A DNA stretch of 40,241 bases from Candidatus Iainarchaeum sp. (GTDB lineage: Archaea; Iainarchaeota; Iainarchaeia; Iainarchaeales; GCA-2688035). A program made the translations under genes and the position numbers. The notes beneath the pieces were generated by a model. The model made no database searches, was not told the origin of the DNA, and was given only the letters and a program-made list of their open reading frames with translations. Position 1 is the stretch's first letter. The number at the start of each line of letters is the position of its first letter. Where the stretch lies: NCBI GenBank assembly GCA_016932355.1, contig JAFGDB010000062.1:1-40241 (forward strand). Direction: 5' to 3'. Positions 1 through 8,373 of this stretch are shown in pieces.

Positions 1-237
1 AAGGAGCAACCAATTGTGAGGTGAAACCGTTCAAAACAACCGATTGCCTTCCTGTCGGGGGTGATTCAAATTATAGGAGGTTTATTTCCTGTACTAATTG
101 TTGCCTGCCATTTATAAAGGGCTTTTGGTACAATAGCTTAATAGTACAAAAATCGAAGCAGGCTTCATTCCACCAAATATTGCAGGGCTTGGCCTGTTTT
201 GAAAAGATTTAAATTAATTACCGGGAGCAAAAATGTT

Positions 238-984
238 ATGGAAAAGGCAAACCCAAGGGTGCTCATAGCAGCGCCGGTAACATCATACAAGGAAGAGGTT
301 ATTGGAGAATTCCTCAAGGGCCTGCAGGCCCTTTCCTACAAAAACAAGGAAATTCTCCTACTTGACAACAGCCCTGAAGAGGAAATGTTCAACAGGCTCA
401 AGAAAGAGAAGGGCATAAGGGTAGAGAAAACCAAGCACTTGGGGAATGCAAAGCAGGCTGTTGCAAGGGACAGGGAGCAACTGAGGCAAACAGCACTCAA
501 GGAAGGATTTGATTATTTGCTTTTCCTGGACCAGGATATTGTTGCACAGGAAAACCTGGTTGAAAGGCTTTTAGAATGGGAAAAGCAGGTTTGCTGCGGC
601 CTGTACTTCAACTACTTTGAGTCAAGGCTGGCGACAGGCGAAAAAATGGTTGACTTTGCGCCAGTTTACTACACATGGTTTGACCCTGAAATAAGGGAGA
701 TTGGGATAAGCAAGCAGCTGGGCTATGCAAGCGTTTTCCCAGGCAGGCTTATGGAAATAAAGAAGGGCGGCCTGGGCTGCTGCCTAATACACAAAAGCGT
801 TCTGGAAAAGGTGAACTTCAGGCTTGAGCAGAACGCAGCATACCACGCAGACTTTGCCTTCTTCAAGGACTGCGAAAGGCAGGGCATAAAGGCCTGGCTT
901 GACAGCTCAATCCTGTGCAGGCACATTATAACAGTGCCAAAGGAACAGGCTTTCAAGGAAGGGTGGGGTGGAAAAAATGCCTAA
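238..984 (+). CDS. GT-A fold (family 2-like) glycosyltransferase
   Basis: ORF 199..984 starts at TTG. The in-frame ATG at 238 lies about 20-30 nt downstream of a TATA-like gatttaaattaatta (206-220). Motifs ILLLDNS and LFLDQDI (DxD) are typical of GT2-type enzymes. Confidence 0.6.
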   Translation: MEKANPRVLIAAPVTSYKEEVIGEFLKGLQALSYKNKEILLLDNSPEEEMFNRLKKEKGIRVEKTKHLGNAKQAVARDREQLRQTALKEGFDYLLFLDQDIVAQENLVERLLEWEKQVCCGLYFNYFESRLATGEKMVDFAPVYYTWFDPEIREIGISKQLGYASVFPGRLMEIKKGGLGCCLIHKSVLEKVNFRLEQNAAYHADFAFFKDCERQGIKAWLDSSILCRHIITVPKEQAFKEGWGGKNA

Positions 985-1675
985 CCAAAAGCAGGAAAAT
1001 GAAGGAAACCCAAGGCTGCTGGTTGCAGGAATTGTAAGCGTGAAAGACAAGCAGGCTCTGCTTGATTTCCTGAAAGGCATTAAAGCAATTGACTATGAGA
1101 ACAAGGAGGTCCTGCTGCTTGACGCAAGCAAGGAACCTGAAAGCATGAGCGTTTTTGAGGAAATAAAGGGCATAACATTTGAGAAGGCTGCTGAAAAGGG
1201 AAGCCAGGCTGAAACAATTGCATTCAACAGGAACAGGCTGGCTGAAGCAGCATTAAAAAAGGGCTTTGGCTACCTGCTTCTCGCTGACCTTAGCCAGCAG
1301 CTGCCGGGCAATGCAGCAAAGCAGCTTTTAAGCAATGGAAAAAAGCTTTGCTTTGGTTTGTGCCTGAAGCCTGTTACACTCAAGATAAGCAAGGGGGCAG
1401 AGGAATTTTACCTGAGGACAATGAACCCAATGGCAGCAAAAACCCAGGGAAAAAAGCTTTCAGGCCTGCAGCTTGAGGAAATATTCCCAAGCAGGCTGAT
1501 AAAGACCGATGCCTGCTTCCTCGGGTGTGTGCTAATCCACAAGGATGTATTGAAAAAAGTGAAGTTCCGGTCTGAAAGGGAAAAAGAGGACTTTGAATGC
1601 TTTGCCGAAGACTGCAAAAAGCAGGGCATTGAGCAGTGGATTGACACAGGCGTTGTGTGCAAAATGCAGCCCTGA
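977..1675 (+). CDS. glycosyltransferase-like tandem paralog with a degenerate DxD motif
   Basis: ORF 968..1675 (GTG at 968, ATG at 977) overlaps the upstream stop at 982-984. The N-terminus NPRLLVAGIV..LLDFLKGIKAIDYENKEVLLLDAS parallels NPRVLIAAPV..IGEFLKGLQALSYKNKEILLLDNS in the upstream gene. The DxD position reads LLLADLS. Confidence 0.5.
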   Translation: MPNQKQENEGNPRLLVAGIVSVKDKQALLDFLKGIKAIDYENKEVLLLDASKEPESMSVFEEIKGITFEKAAEKGSQAETIAFNRNRLAEAALKKGFGYLLLADLSQQLPGNAAKQLLSNGKKLCFGLCLKPVTLKISKGAEEFYLRTMNPMAAKTQGKKLSGLQLEEIFPSRLIKTDACFLGCVLIHKDVLKKVKFRSEREKEDFECFAEDCKKQGIEQWIDTGVVCKMQP

Positions 1676-1898
1676 ATCACTTAACAAAAACAATTGCCTT
1701 CCTGCTTCTCGGGCCGTCAAATTCCGCAAAGAAAACCTCATCACCTCCAATATTGGAATTTTTTCTTAGGACTCTGATTTTCTCGGCTTAAACCTTTACA
1801 CGACTAAGTCTGGCAATTTTGGTGTAAAGGATTTAATGTCTCCAAAATCCGCAGAGACGTCCACGAAAAAAATTCATTAAATCGGAGGTGATTCAGTT

Positions 1899-2042
1899 AT
1901 GGATTTCAAAAAGTTTGATTTCCCTCTTCCTAGTGAGGAGGAAATAAGAATTGTAAAGGAAATAGCGAGATTCGCACCAGCGGAGCTTGATGGAAGAGAC
2001 AGGTGGGTTCTGCGAGAGTTTCTGGGGGGCGATTTCAAATGA
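1899..2042 (+). CDS. 47-aa hypothetical micro-protein (MDFKKFDFPLPSEEEIRIVKEIARFAPAELDGRDRWVLREFLGGDFK)
   Basis: It is below the ORF-track length cutoff. GGAGGTGA (1885-1892) sits 6 nt upstream of the ATG at 1899. Its TGA stop (2040-2042) overlaps the ATG (2039-2041) of the next gene in an ATGA arrangement. Confidence 0.4.
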   Translation: MDFKKFDFPLPSEEEIRIVKEIARFAPAELDGRDRWVLREFLGGDFK

Positions 2043-3286
2043 AACGCCATTTTTATTCAACCACCGGAACACCACTCTTCCAAAACCACTTTAAAACCCA
2101 AAAACAAGAATTATCTGACAAAGATATGAAAAGCTTAAAATCTGAATATCTATACCCAGCAATCCACTGGTGGCAATTTCCTCTGGATAGGTTCTCAATC
2201 GAATTAGACTCCAAATATAAGAAAACTCTTTTTGAAAGGATCTATGAAGAGCGAAGAAAATCAAACCGCTTTAGTAAATTTTTAAATGAAAAATCTAAAA
2301 TATATGGTAAAAACTGGACTTTTAAAAAACAGCGGTTTCTTTTGTATGAATATAAAAAACACCAAAAATTTGTCCCTGCTTGGGTTATTTTCTGCACAGC
2401 CACTTATCTTGGAGTTGAGCTACTTGAAATTGAAAAGAAGATAGAAAGCTATATAAGCTTCAGAGGACGTTTAGTGGTTTCAGAGCCAAAATTGCCAGTA
2501 AGAGTAACCCCGGAATTTACTGCAATAGCAATACACACCATGTGCGATGGATGTAATCATCTAGGATCGATAACTTACTTCCAAAGGGATAAAAAAGAAC
2601 AACTCAGATTTTCTAAACTTGCTGCTAATGTGTTTGGAACATACAGAGTAAAGGATAATAAATACTCTGAAATATTACCAAAGGTTTTTGGAGAGGTTAT
2701 TTCCAGTTATTATAAGATTACTGATTATTCAACTTTTGGGGCACGCATACCCGACAAAATAAAGAATAGCCCCTTCCAACATAGACTTGCTGCTCTTGTT
2801 GCTTTTATCCTGGACGAAGGAACCGTTAGCCTAGGCATCACTTTGCACTCTTCAAATAAATTGCTATTATTAGACATCTGTGAAATAGCAAAATCTTTGG
2901 GGTACCTTTGCAGAAAGATTCAGCAAAGAAAGATGCAAAAAACTTTAAACCCTTTTTTCAGATTTAGAATATCCCCAAAAAGCATTGGAAAATTATACAC
3001 AGACTTAATGATGCTTTACGAAAGATTTCCAAATTTAAATTTTAACAAAAAAATGCACAGAATCCAGAAAATTTGGAATACACAAACTAGAAATTGGAAA
3101 CAACGAAGGAAAGGCGAAACACGACAGCTTATAATAAACGAATTAAAAAAATCTAAAAAAACAACTTTTGAATTAAGCGAAAGCACAGGAATTTGTCTGA
3201 AAACCGTTTACCACCACCTTAAGAGAATAAGCAACCTATCAAAGATAAGAGAAGGAACTCAGATTTACTATGAAGTCTTAGACTAA
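2039..3286 (+). CDS. double-motif LAGLIDADG-family (homing-endonuclease-like) protein with a C-terminal HTH
   Basis: ORF 2003..3286; the ATG at 2039 is coupled to the micro-ORF. There are two LAGLIDADG-like helices ending in an acidic residue plus Gly: TAIAIHTMCDGC and LAALVAFILDEGT. An HTH-like segment follows (KKTTFELSESTGICLKTVYHHLKRI). The gene is very AT-rich compared with its neighbours. Confidence 0.55.
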   Translation: MKRHFYSTTGTPLFQNHFKTQKQELSDKDMKSLKSEYLYPAIHWWQFPLDRFSIELDSKYKKTLFERIYEERRKSNRFSKFLNEKSKIYGKNWTFKKQRFLLYEYKKHQKFVPAWVIFCTATYLGVELLEIEKKIESYISFRGRLVVSEPKLPVRVTPEFTAIAIHTMCDGCNHLGSITYFQRDKKEQLRFSKLAANVFGTYRVKDNKYSEILPKVFGEVISSYYKITDYSTFGARIPDKIKNSPFQHRLAALVAFILDEGTVSLGITLHSSNKLLLLDICEIAKSLGYLCRKIQQRKMQKTLNPFFRFRISPKSIGKLYTDLMMLYERFPNLNFNKKMHRIQKIWNTQTRNWKQRRKGETRQLIINELKKSKKTTFELSESTGICLKTVYHHLKRISNLSKIREGTQIYYEVLD

Positions 3287-3681
3287 CCTTCAATTATCTT
3301 AACAAATATCTTTCGTTGCCTTGGCCCGTCTGCCTCTACAAAATAGCAACTTTCCCAGGTACCAAGTAGCAACTTGCTATTTTTGATGAAAATCAAGCGG
3401 CTGTTTCCAATAATTGCCGACTTAATGTGCGCATCACTATTACCCTCTCTGTGGGTATAGGGACCTGCCACAGGCACAAGCCTGTTCAAAGCATTTATCA
3501 AATCTGTTTGCACACTGGGGTCAGCACCCTCAGTTACAACAACTGCTGCCGTAGTGTGCGGGGAGTAGACAACGCACAAGCCCTCCTTCAGCTTTGCCTT
3601 TTCAACCGCCTTTTGCACCTCTCCGGTAATGTCAATCAATTCATTCCTCTTTTTGGATTTTATTGGGATTTCCTCAAACAT
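3283..3681 (-). CDS. YjbQ/UPF0047 family protein (secondary thiamine-phosphate synthase-like)
   Basis: Full-length resemblance to the YjbQ family (LCVVYSPHTTAAVVVTEGADPSV..., NSDAHIKSAIIG). GGAGGTG sits 7 nt upstream of the ATG at 3681, which I prefer to the TTG at 3696. Confidence 0.8.
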   Translation of the reverse strand: MFEEIPIKSKKRNELIDITGEVQKAVEKAKLKEGLCVVYSPHTTAAVVVTEGADPSVQTDLINALNRLVPVAGPYTHREGNSDAHIKSAIIGNSRLIFIKNSKLLLGTWESCYFVEADGPRQRKIFVKIIEG

Positions 3682-3736
3682 ACAAAACACCTCCAATTTT
3701 TCCGGAAAATTCTCTGGCTGCTGGAATTTGCAAAAA

Positions 3737-5140
3737 TCACTTTCTTATCTTTTCCGCAATTATTTTCTGCACAGCCCTTGGCTCTGCCTTTGCCTTTGTA
3801 AGGCGCATTACCTGCCCTACAAGGAAGTTAAGGCTTTTCTCGTTGCCCATCTTCAGGTCTGCAACCGCCTTCTTGTTCTCTGAAAGGACCTTTTCAACAG
3901 CCTTTTCAATCTCCTTTTCACCCAAGTCCTTTGAAAGGCCCCTGCCCTCAACGAACCTGGTTGGCTTTACTCCCTTGGCAAGGTAAGCAACCACTGCATC
4001 CTTTGCAACCTTCTCAGTAATCTTCCCTGAGAGAAGCATTTCAAGCAGCAGGCCAATCTCGCCTGAATCTAAATCCAGGGAATCCAGGTCAAGCTCGCTC
4101 CTGTTTACAACAGCCATTAGCTCCCTTGTCAAAAACTTTGCAGCAGCCTTTGCATCCACAGATTTTGAAATTTCCTCAAAAAGCAGGCCCAAATTGAAAT
4201 TCCTTGCAAGCACGTTTGCAGTGTACTCATCCAAGGAAAATTCTTTCATAAAGCGCTTTGACTTTGCAGCATGCAGCTCAGGCATTTTAGCCTTCATTTC
4301 TTCAATTTCACCTGAAGACAGCTGGATTGCGGTAAGGTCTGGCTCAAAGATGTAGCCGTAATCAGCCTCTGTTTCCTTGCCCCTGGTTGACCTTGTGGTC
4401 ATTGTTTTTTCGTCAAAGGAACGGGTTTCCCTCACAATTTCCCTCTCATCAAGAAGAAGGCGCTTCTGCCTTGCAACCTCAAACTCCAGGGCTTTGCCCA
4501 CTGCCTTTTTCCCTGTAACGTTCTTTACCTCAACCCTGGAATTGCCGTAAACGCTTACATTGCAGTCTGCCTTCAGTGTTCCTGTTAGTGGAGAATAAAC
4601 CTTGAGGTAGGAGAGGATTGTTGTAAGCTGGTCAAGGAAGTCTTGAGCCTCCTCAGGGCTGGCAAAGTCAGGGTCTGTTACAACCTCAACCAGTGGAATT
4701 CCAGAGCGGTTGTAATCCACTAGGGAGAAGTTGCTTGCACCCATCCCTGCCTCGTGCACTAAAGCAGCTGGGTCCTCCTCCAAATGCACCCTTGTAATGC
4801 CAATCTTTTTCCCAGTGCTTAGCACAAGGTGGCCCTTCAGGCCAACCGGAATTTCGTACTGGCTTATCTGGAAGTTCTTTGACATGTCAGGATAGAAATA
4901 TGTTTTCCTGGAGAAGAAAAATTCCTTGTTCACCTCGCAGTTAAGGGCAAGCGCCACCTTCAGCGCATAATCAAGGGCCTTTGCATTCAGCACAGGCTTG
5001 CTTCCTGGATGGCCAAGGCAGATTGGGCAGCAGCTGCTGTTTGGCTCCTCTGCTGCTGTAGGGCAGCCGCAGAAAAGCTTGCTTTCAGTGTTAAGCTGGA
5101 TATGGCACTCCAACCCAATTACCACTCCATCCTTTTCCAT
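3737..5140 (-). CDS. gatB: Asp-tRNA(Asn)/Glu-tRNA(Gln) amidotransferase subunit B
   Basis: 467 aa. GLECHIQLNT..KLFCGC, RKTYFYPD and ITRVHLEEDPA are hallmark GatB motifs. It lies in an operon with gatC and gatA. Confidence 0.9.
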   Translation of the reverse strand: MEKDGVVIGLECHIQLNTESKLFCGCPTAAEEPNSSCCPICLGHPGSKPVLNAKALDYALKVALALNCEVNKEFFFSRKTYFYPDMSKNFQISQYEIPVGLKGHLVLSTGKKIGITRVHLEEDPAALVHEAGMGASNFSLVDYNRSGIPLVEVVTDPDFASPEEAQDFLDQLTTILSYLKVYSPLTGTLKADCNVSVYGNSRVEVKNVTGKKAVGKALEFEVARQKRLLLDEREIVRETRSFDEKTMTTRSTRGKETEADYGYIFEPDLTAIQLSSGEIEEMKAKMPELHAAKSKRFMKEFSLDEYTANVLARNFNLGLLFEEISKSVDAKAAAKFLTRELMAVVNRSELDLDSLDLDSGEIGLLLEMLLSGKITEKVAKDAVVAYLAKGVKPTRFVEGRGLSKDLGEKEIEKAVEKVLSENKKAVADLKMGNEKSLNFLVGQVMRLTKAKAEPRAVQKIIAEKIRK

Positions 5141-5880
5141 TAGATGCTCACCTTCATTAAGTCCCTTGCAAGCAAAACCCTGCCATTGAAAAAGCGCTTT
5201 GCCTTTCCCCTGCTCTCTACTTTGTCAGTTTCAGGGTAAAAATGGGTAAGCATAAGCCTCTTTGCATTGGCTGCAGCAGCAATCTGGCCTGCCTGCTCTG
5301 CGGTCATGTGGTGCCTTACCCTCTTTAAAACACTGCATTCAAGGATTAGAAGGTCTGCATCTTTTGCAAACTCAGCCAAAGCTTTGTTATAGCCGCAGTC
5401 TCCGCCGTAAACAATCCTCTTGCCTGAAGCGCTGACGCTAATTGCAAGCGAGTTTCCAACATGAGGAACCTTGATTGCATGGACTGTGAATTTTCCGGCC
5501 TTTTCTTTCCTCGATGAAAGCTCTTTAACAGAGGCCCTTGTTTTTTTAAGCTGGGGGTAAAGCAATGAAAGGCCTTTGAAGAACTTTTTAATCCCCTTTG
5601 GCCCGAAAATGCTGAACTTTGCAGGCGTGCCAAGGAATTCGTGCATTACAAAGCGCGAGAAGCAAAACGCGCTCAGGTCATTTATGTGGTCAGAGTGAAA
5701 ATGCGAGAAAAACAAGCTGTTAATTTTTGTAAAATCAAAGCCTGCCCTCTGCAATTGTTTTAGGCAACCGAAGCCCAAATCAAGGATTATGTCAGTGCCA
5801 GCATGCGAAACAATATAGCCAGAGGGGTACCTCCCCTTGCCGGAGGCTGAACTGCCGCTTCCCAAAACAGTTAGCCTCAT
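5140..5880 (-). CDS. metallo-beta-lactamase fold hydrolase (RNase Z/ElaC-like)
   Basis: 246 aa with the HFHSDH motif and a C-terminal LMLTHF. Its start overlaps the gatA stop (ATGA) and its stop overlaps the gatB start (TAATG). Confidence 0.7.
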   Translation of the reverse strand: MRLTVLGSGSSASGKGRYPSGYIVSHAGTDIILDLGFGCLKQLQRAGFDFTKINSLFFSHFHSDHINDLSAFCFSRFVMHEFLGTPAKFSIFGPKGIKKFFKGLSLLYPQLKKTRASVKELSSRKEKAGKFTVHAIKVPHVGNSLAISVSASGKRIVYGGDCGYNKALAEFAKDADLLILECSVLKRVRHHMTAEQAGQIAAAANAKRLMLTHFYPETDKVESRGKAKRFFNGRVLLARDLMKVSI

Positions 5881-7295
5881 TTCAAGGCCTCCACTGCAAG
5901 GCTTGCCTGCACCATTTTCCCTTCACCCATATGGTCTGCTGTAAGCATTAGGCCAACAGGCATGTTCTCATGCTTTCCAACTGGAATTGAAGCATGCGGC
6001 ATTCCAGCGAGGTTTGCAGGAACAGTGCACAGGTCCATTGCATACTGCTGCAGCGGGCTTAGCTTGAAGATTGCCTCAAAAGTTGGCGCAACCAATGGCA
6101 TTGTTGGGTTTGCAAGGACATCAACCCTGGAAAAGGCCTTCTTGAATTCTTTTATCAGGGCGGTTCTTGCCTTCATTGCTCTCAAATAGTAGGCATCGCG
6201 GAAGCCTGCCATCCTTGCAAAGGTGCCAAGCAAAATTCTTCTTTTGGCCTCTTCACCAAAGCCGTTGCTTCTGACCTTTGAAAAGTATTCGTCAAAGCTA
6301 CCCTCAAGCTTTTCGTGGAGGCCATAGCGCATTCCGCAATACCTTGCAAGGTTTGTGCTTGCCTCTGCTGTTGAGATAAGGTAGTAGGCTGAAATTCCGT
6401 ACTTTGAGTTTAGCGGGAGAGAGATTTCCTCTGTTTTCATTCCAAGACTGTCAACCGCTTTCAAGCATTCCTTTTTTACATGGGCATCGCAGTTCTCAAA
6501 AAGCTCTTTCACAATCCCAATCTTCAACTTTTCAGGTACAAGCTTTGAAAACTCCTCTTTCTCCTGTTTCAGGGAGGTGCTGTCATTGGCGTCATGGCCT
6601 GAAATCACTTCAAGCAGCAGGGCAGCGTCCCCAACAGTTTTTCCAATGCTGCCGATTTTGTCAAGCGAGTTGGCGTAATCAATTAATCCAAAGCGCGAAA
6701 CCCTGCCATAAGTTGGAGTAATGCCAGCAACGCCGCAAAAGCTGGCAGGGCATGCAATGCTGCCTCCAGTGCTCTGCCCAATGCTTGCGTGCGTTTGCTT
6801 TGTCAAGGCTGCAAAGCCAGCTGAACCCCCCGAGCTTCCGCCGCAGGCCCTCTTGATGTCGTGCGGGTTTTTCGGGATTTCAAATCCAAGGCCAACATTC
6901 GTGCTGAAAGTGCCAAAGCCAAATGCATCCTGCGAGGTTTTCCCAATAATTATTGCACCCTCTGCCCTTGCCTTTTCAATCACTGTTGCATCAAACAATG
7001 GTTCGTAACCTGAGAGAATTTATGAGCCGGCCCTGCTCTCCATGTTCTGCACGCATATGCAGTCCTTTACTGATAAGGGAACACCGAGGAGCTTTCCCTT
7101 GTGCCTCCCTGTTTTAATGCTTGCCTCAACCTCTTTTGCCTGCTTTAAGGCGGATTCCCTTGCAATCAGATTGAAGTGGTTGTATTGTGAATTTGTTTTC
7201 TCTGCCTCTTCCAGGATTTTTTCAGTGTGCTCCAGGACAGAGATGCTTCCCTTTTTTACCTCTGAAACAAACTGCTTGATTGGAAGGGCAGGCAT
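5877..7295 (-). pseudogene. gatA: amidotransferase subunit A (amidase family) interrupted by one in-frame TAA at 7020-7022
   Basis: ORFs 7020..7295 (N-terminal part, ...GVPLSVKDCICVQNMESRAGS) and 5877..6998 (...FDATVIEKARAEGAIIIGKT..GGSSGGSA...) are in the same frame. The read-through sequence is ESRAGS*ILSGYEPLFDATV. The stop sits where GatA proteins carry Lys or Arg (S-K/R-I-L). Confidence 0.8.
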
Positions 7296-7296
7296 T

Positions 7297-7590
7297 TCAC
7301 ATCACCCTCGGGCCCATGAAATAGCCCTGCTTTTTGTTCTTTGTGTTCTTCAAGGATTGGTCCTGGCTTAGGCATTTTTCAACCTTGTCTTCGCGCATGA
7401 CATTTACAAGCTTTATTGGCTGGAAGCTTGGCTGCTCTTTCTCTACATCAAGCTTGTCAAGCTTGGAAAAGGCCTCAAGCATTTCCTGCAGCTGGGGCAG
7501 GAATTCTTCAATCTCCTGCTCGGTTAGGTTTAGCCTGGCGTTGGCTGCAACCCTTAGAAGAAGGGCCTTGTCTACCTTTTGTTTCGGCAT
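7297..7590 (-). CDS. gatC: amidotransferase subunit C
   Basis: 97 aa. VAANARLNLTEQEIEEFLPQLQEMLEAFSKLDKLDV matches the GatC pattern. It lies 1 nt upstream of the gatA start. Confidence 0.85.
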   Translation of the reverse strand: MPKQKVDKALLLRVAANARLNLTEQEIEEFLPQLQEMLEAFSKLDKLDVEKEQPSFQPIKLVNVMREDKVEKCLSQDQSLKNTKNKKQGYFMGPRVM

Positions 7591-7681
7591 GAAAACCAGG
7601 AATATTAAAGGGTAAAAGGAATATTAAAGTTTATGAAAGCAGGCAGCCGGAAAAAGAGGTTTTAAATACCGGAAAAGGCAA

Positions 7682-8371
7682 ATGATTAATATGGCAAAGA
7701 GAATTGGGCTTGATTATATTCCGGACAGCGAGTGGGCAAAGCTGAGGAAAGAGGTTAAAGGCGCAGGCGGCAGGGTTCTTCTCCTTGTGCACCCTTTTTA
7801 TAATGAAAAATTAATAAAGAAATTTCCAAAATACCTTGAAGTGGTTGAAAACCTCTTGAAAAAGTCAAAATGGCCAATTGTTGTTTTGCAAGGGTTTGAA
7901 AACATACCACAAACAAAGGAAAGGTTAAGGAAATTAAAGGCAAGAAATGTTTTGATTATTCCAACTGCAAATCACAGTTCTGCCACAATAAGAAAAAAGA
8001 CAACATGGAAAGAGATATTGGACCACAAACAAGAACAATTGATCAAGTGCCTTGCACAAAAGGCAGGGGTAAAAAGTGTTTATGTTGGCGGCATGTATGC
8101 TTCAACATCAGGTAGTGCGAAGTCTGTTGAAGAATATGAAGCAGGATGGCTTGCAGAAAAATTACAGGGAAGGAAAAGCAGATTTGAGTATGTAGAAAGG
8201 CCATTTACAGGCGGGTGCGCAGGAGCGACCTATGAATATCTAATAGAGTCTGGAAAATTTAAAAAAGTGAGATGGGTTCCAAACGCAAGGCTTGACGGAT
8301 GGAAAACAGATTTAAGCCGGCCATATGTTGCACCCAGGACTCAACCAAGAGTAAAGATTCACAGAAAATAG
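7682..8371 (+). CDS. hypothetical protein with an alpha/beta-like pattern
   Basis: 229-aa ORF with an ATG start and no recognisable family. It has alternating hydrophobic strand-like segments (VLLLVHPF, IVVLQGF, VLIIPT, VYVGG). Confidence 0.45.
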   Translation: MINMAKRIGLDYIPDSEWAKLRKEVKGAGGRVLLLVHPFYNEKLIKKFPKYLEVVENLLKKSKWPIVVLQGFENIPQTKERLRKLKARNVLIIPTANHSSATIRKKTTWKEILDHKQEQLIKCLAQKAGVKSVYVGGMYASTSGSAKSVEEYEAGWLAEKLQGRKSRFEYVERPFTGGCAGATYEYLIESGKFKKVRWVPNARLDGWKTDLSRPYVAPRTQPRVKIHRK

Positions 8372-8373
8372 CG

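Noticed and set aside
21-212. 63-aa GTG-initiated ORF upstream of the first glycosyltransferase
   Set aside because: It has no convincing SD spacing and an odd Cys/aromatic composition. It runs through the TATA-like element of the next gene, so it is more likely promoter or leader DNA.
1733-1752. catcacctcca as a fragment of the 16S rRNA 3-prime end
   Set aside because: Only the 9-nt anti-SD core matches and the flanking bases do not resemble a 16S terminus. It is better explained as the inverted copy of the nearby SD sequence.
7020-7022. TAA reassigned as a sense codon (alternative genetic code)
   Set aside because: TAA terminates other genes at their expected full lengths, for example dapA at 18366-18368, the MBL gene at 5140-5142 and the LAGLIDADG gene at 3284-3286. 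A global recoding is therefore not supported.
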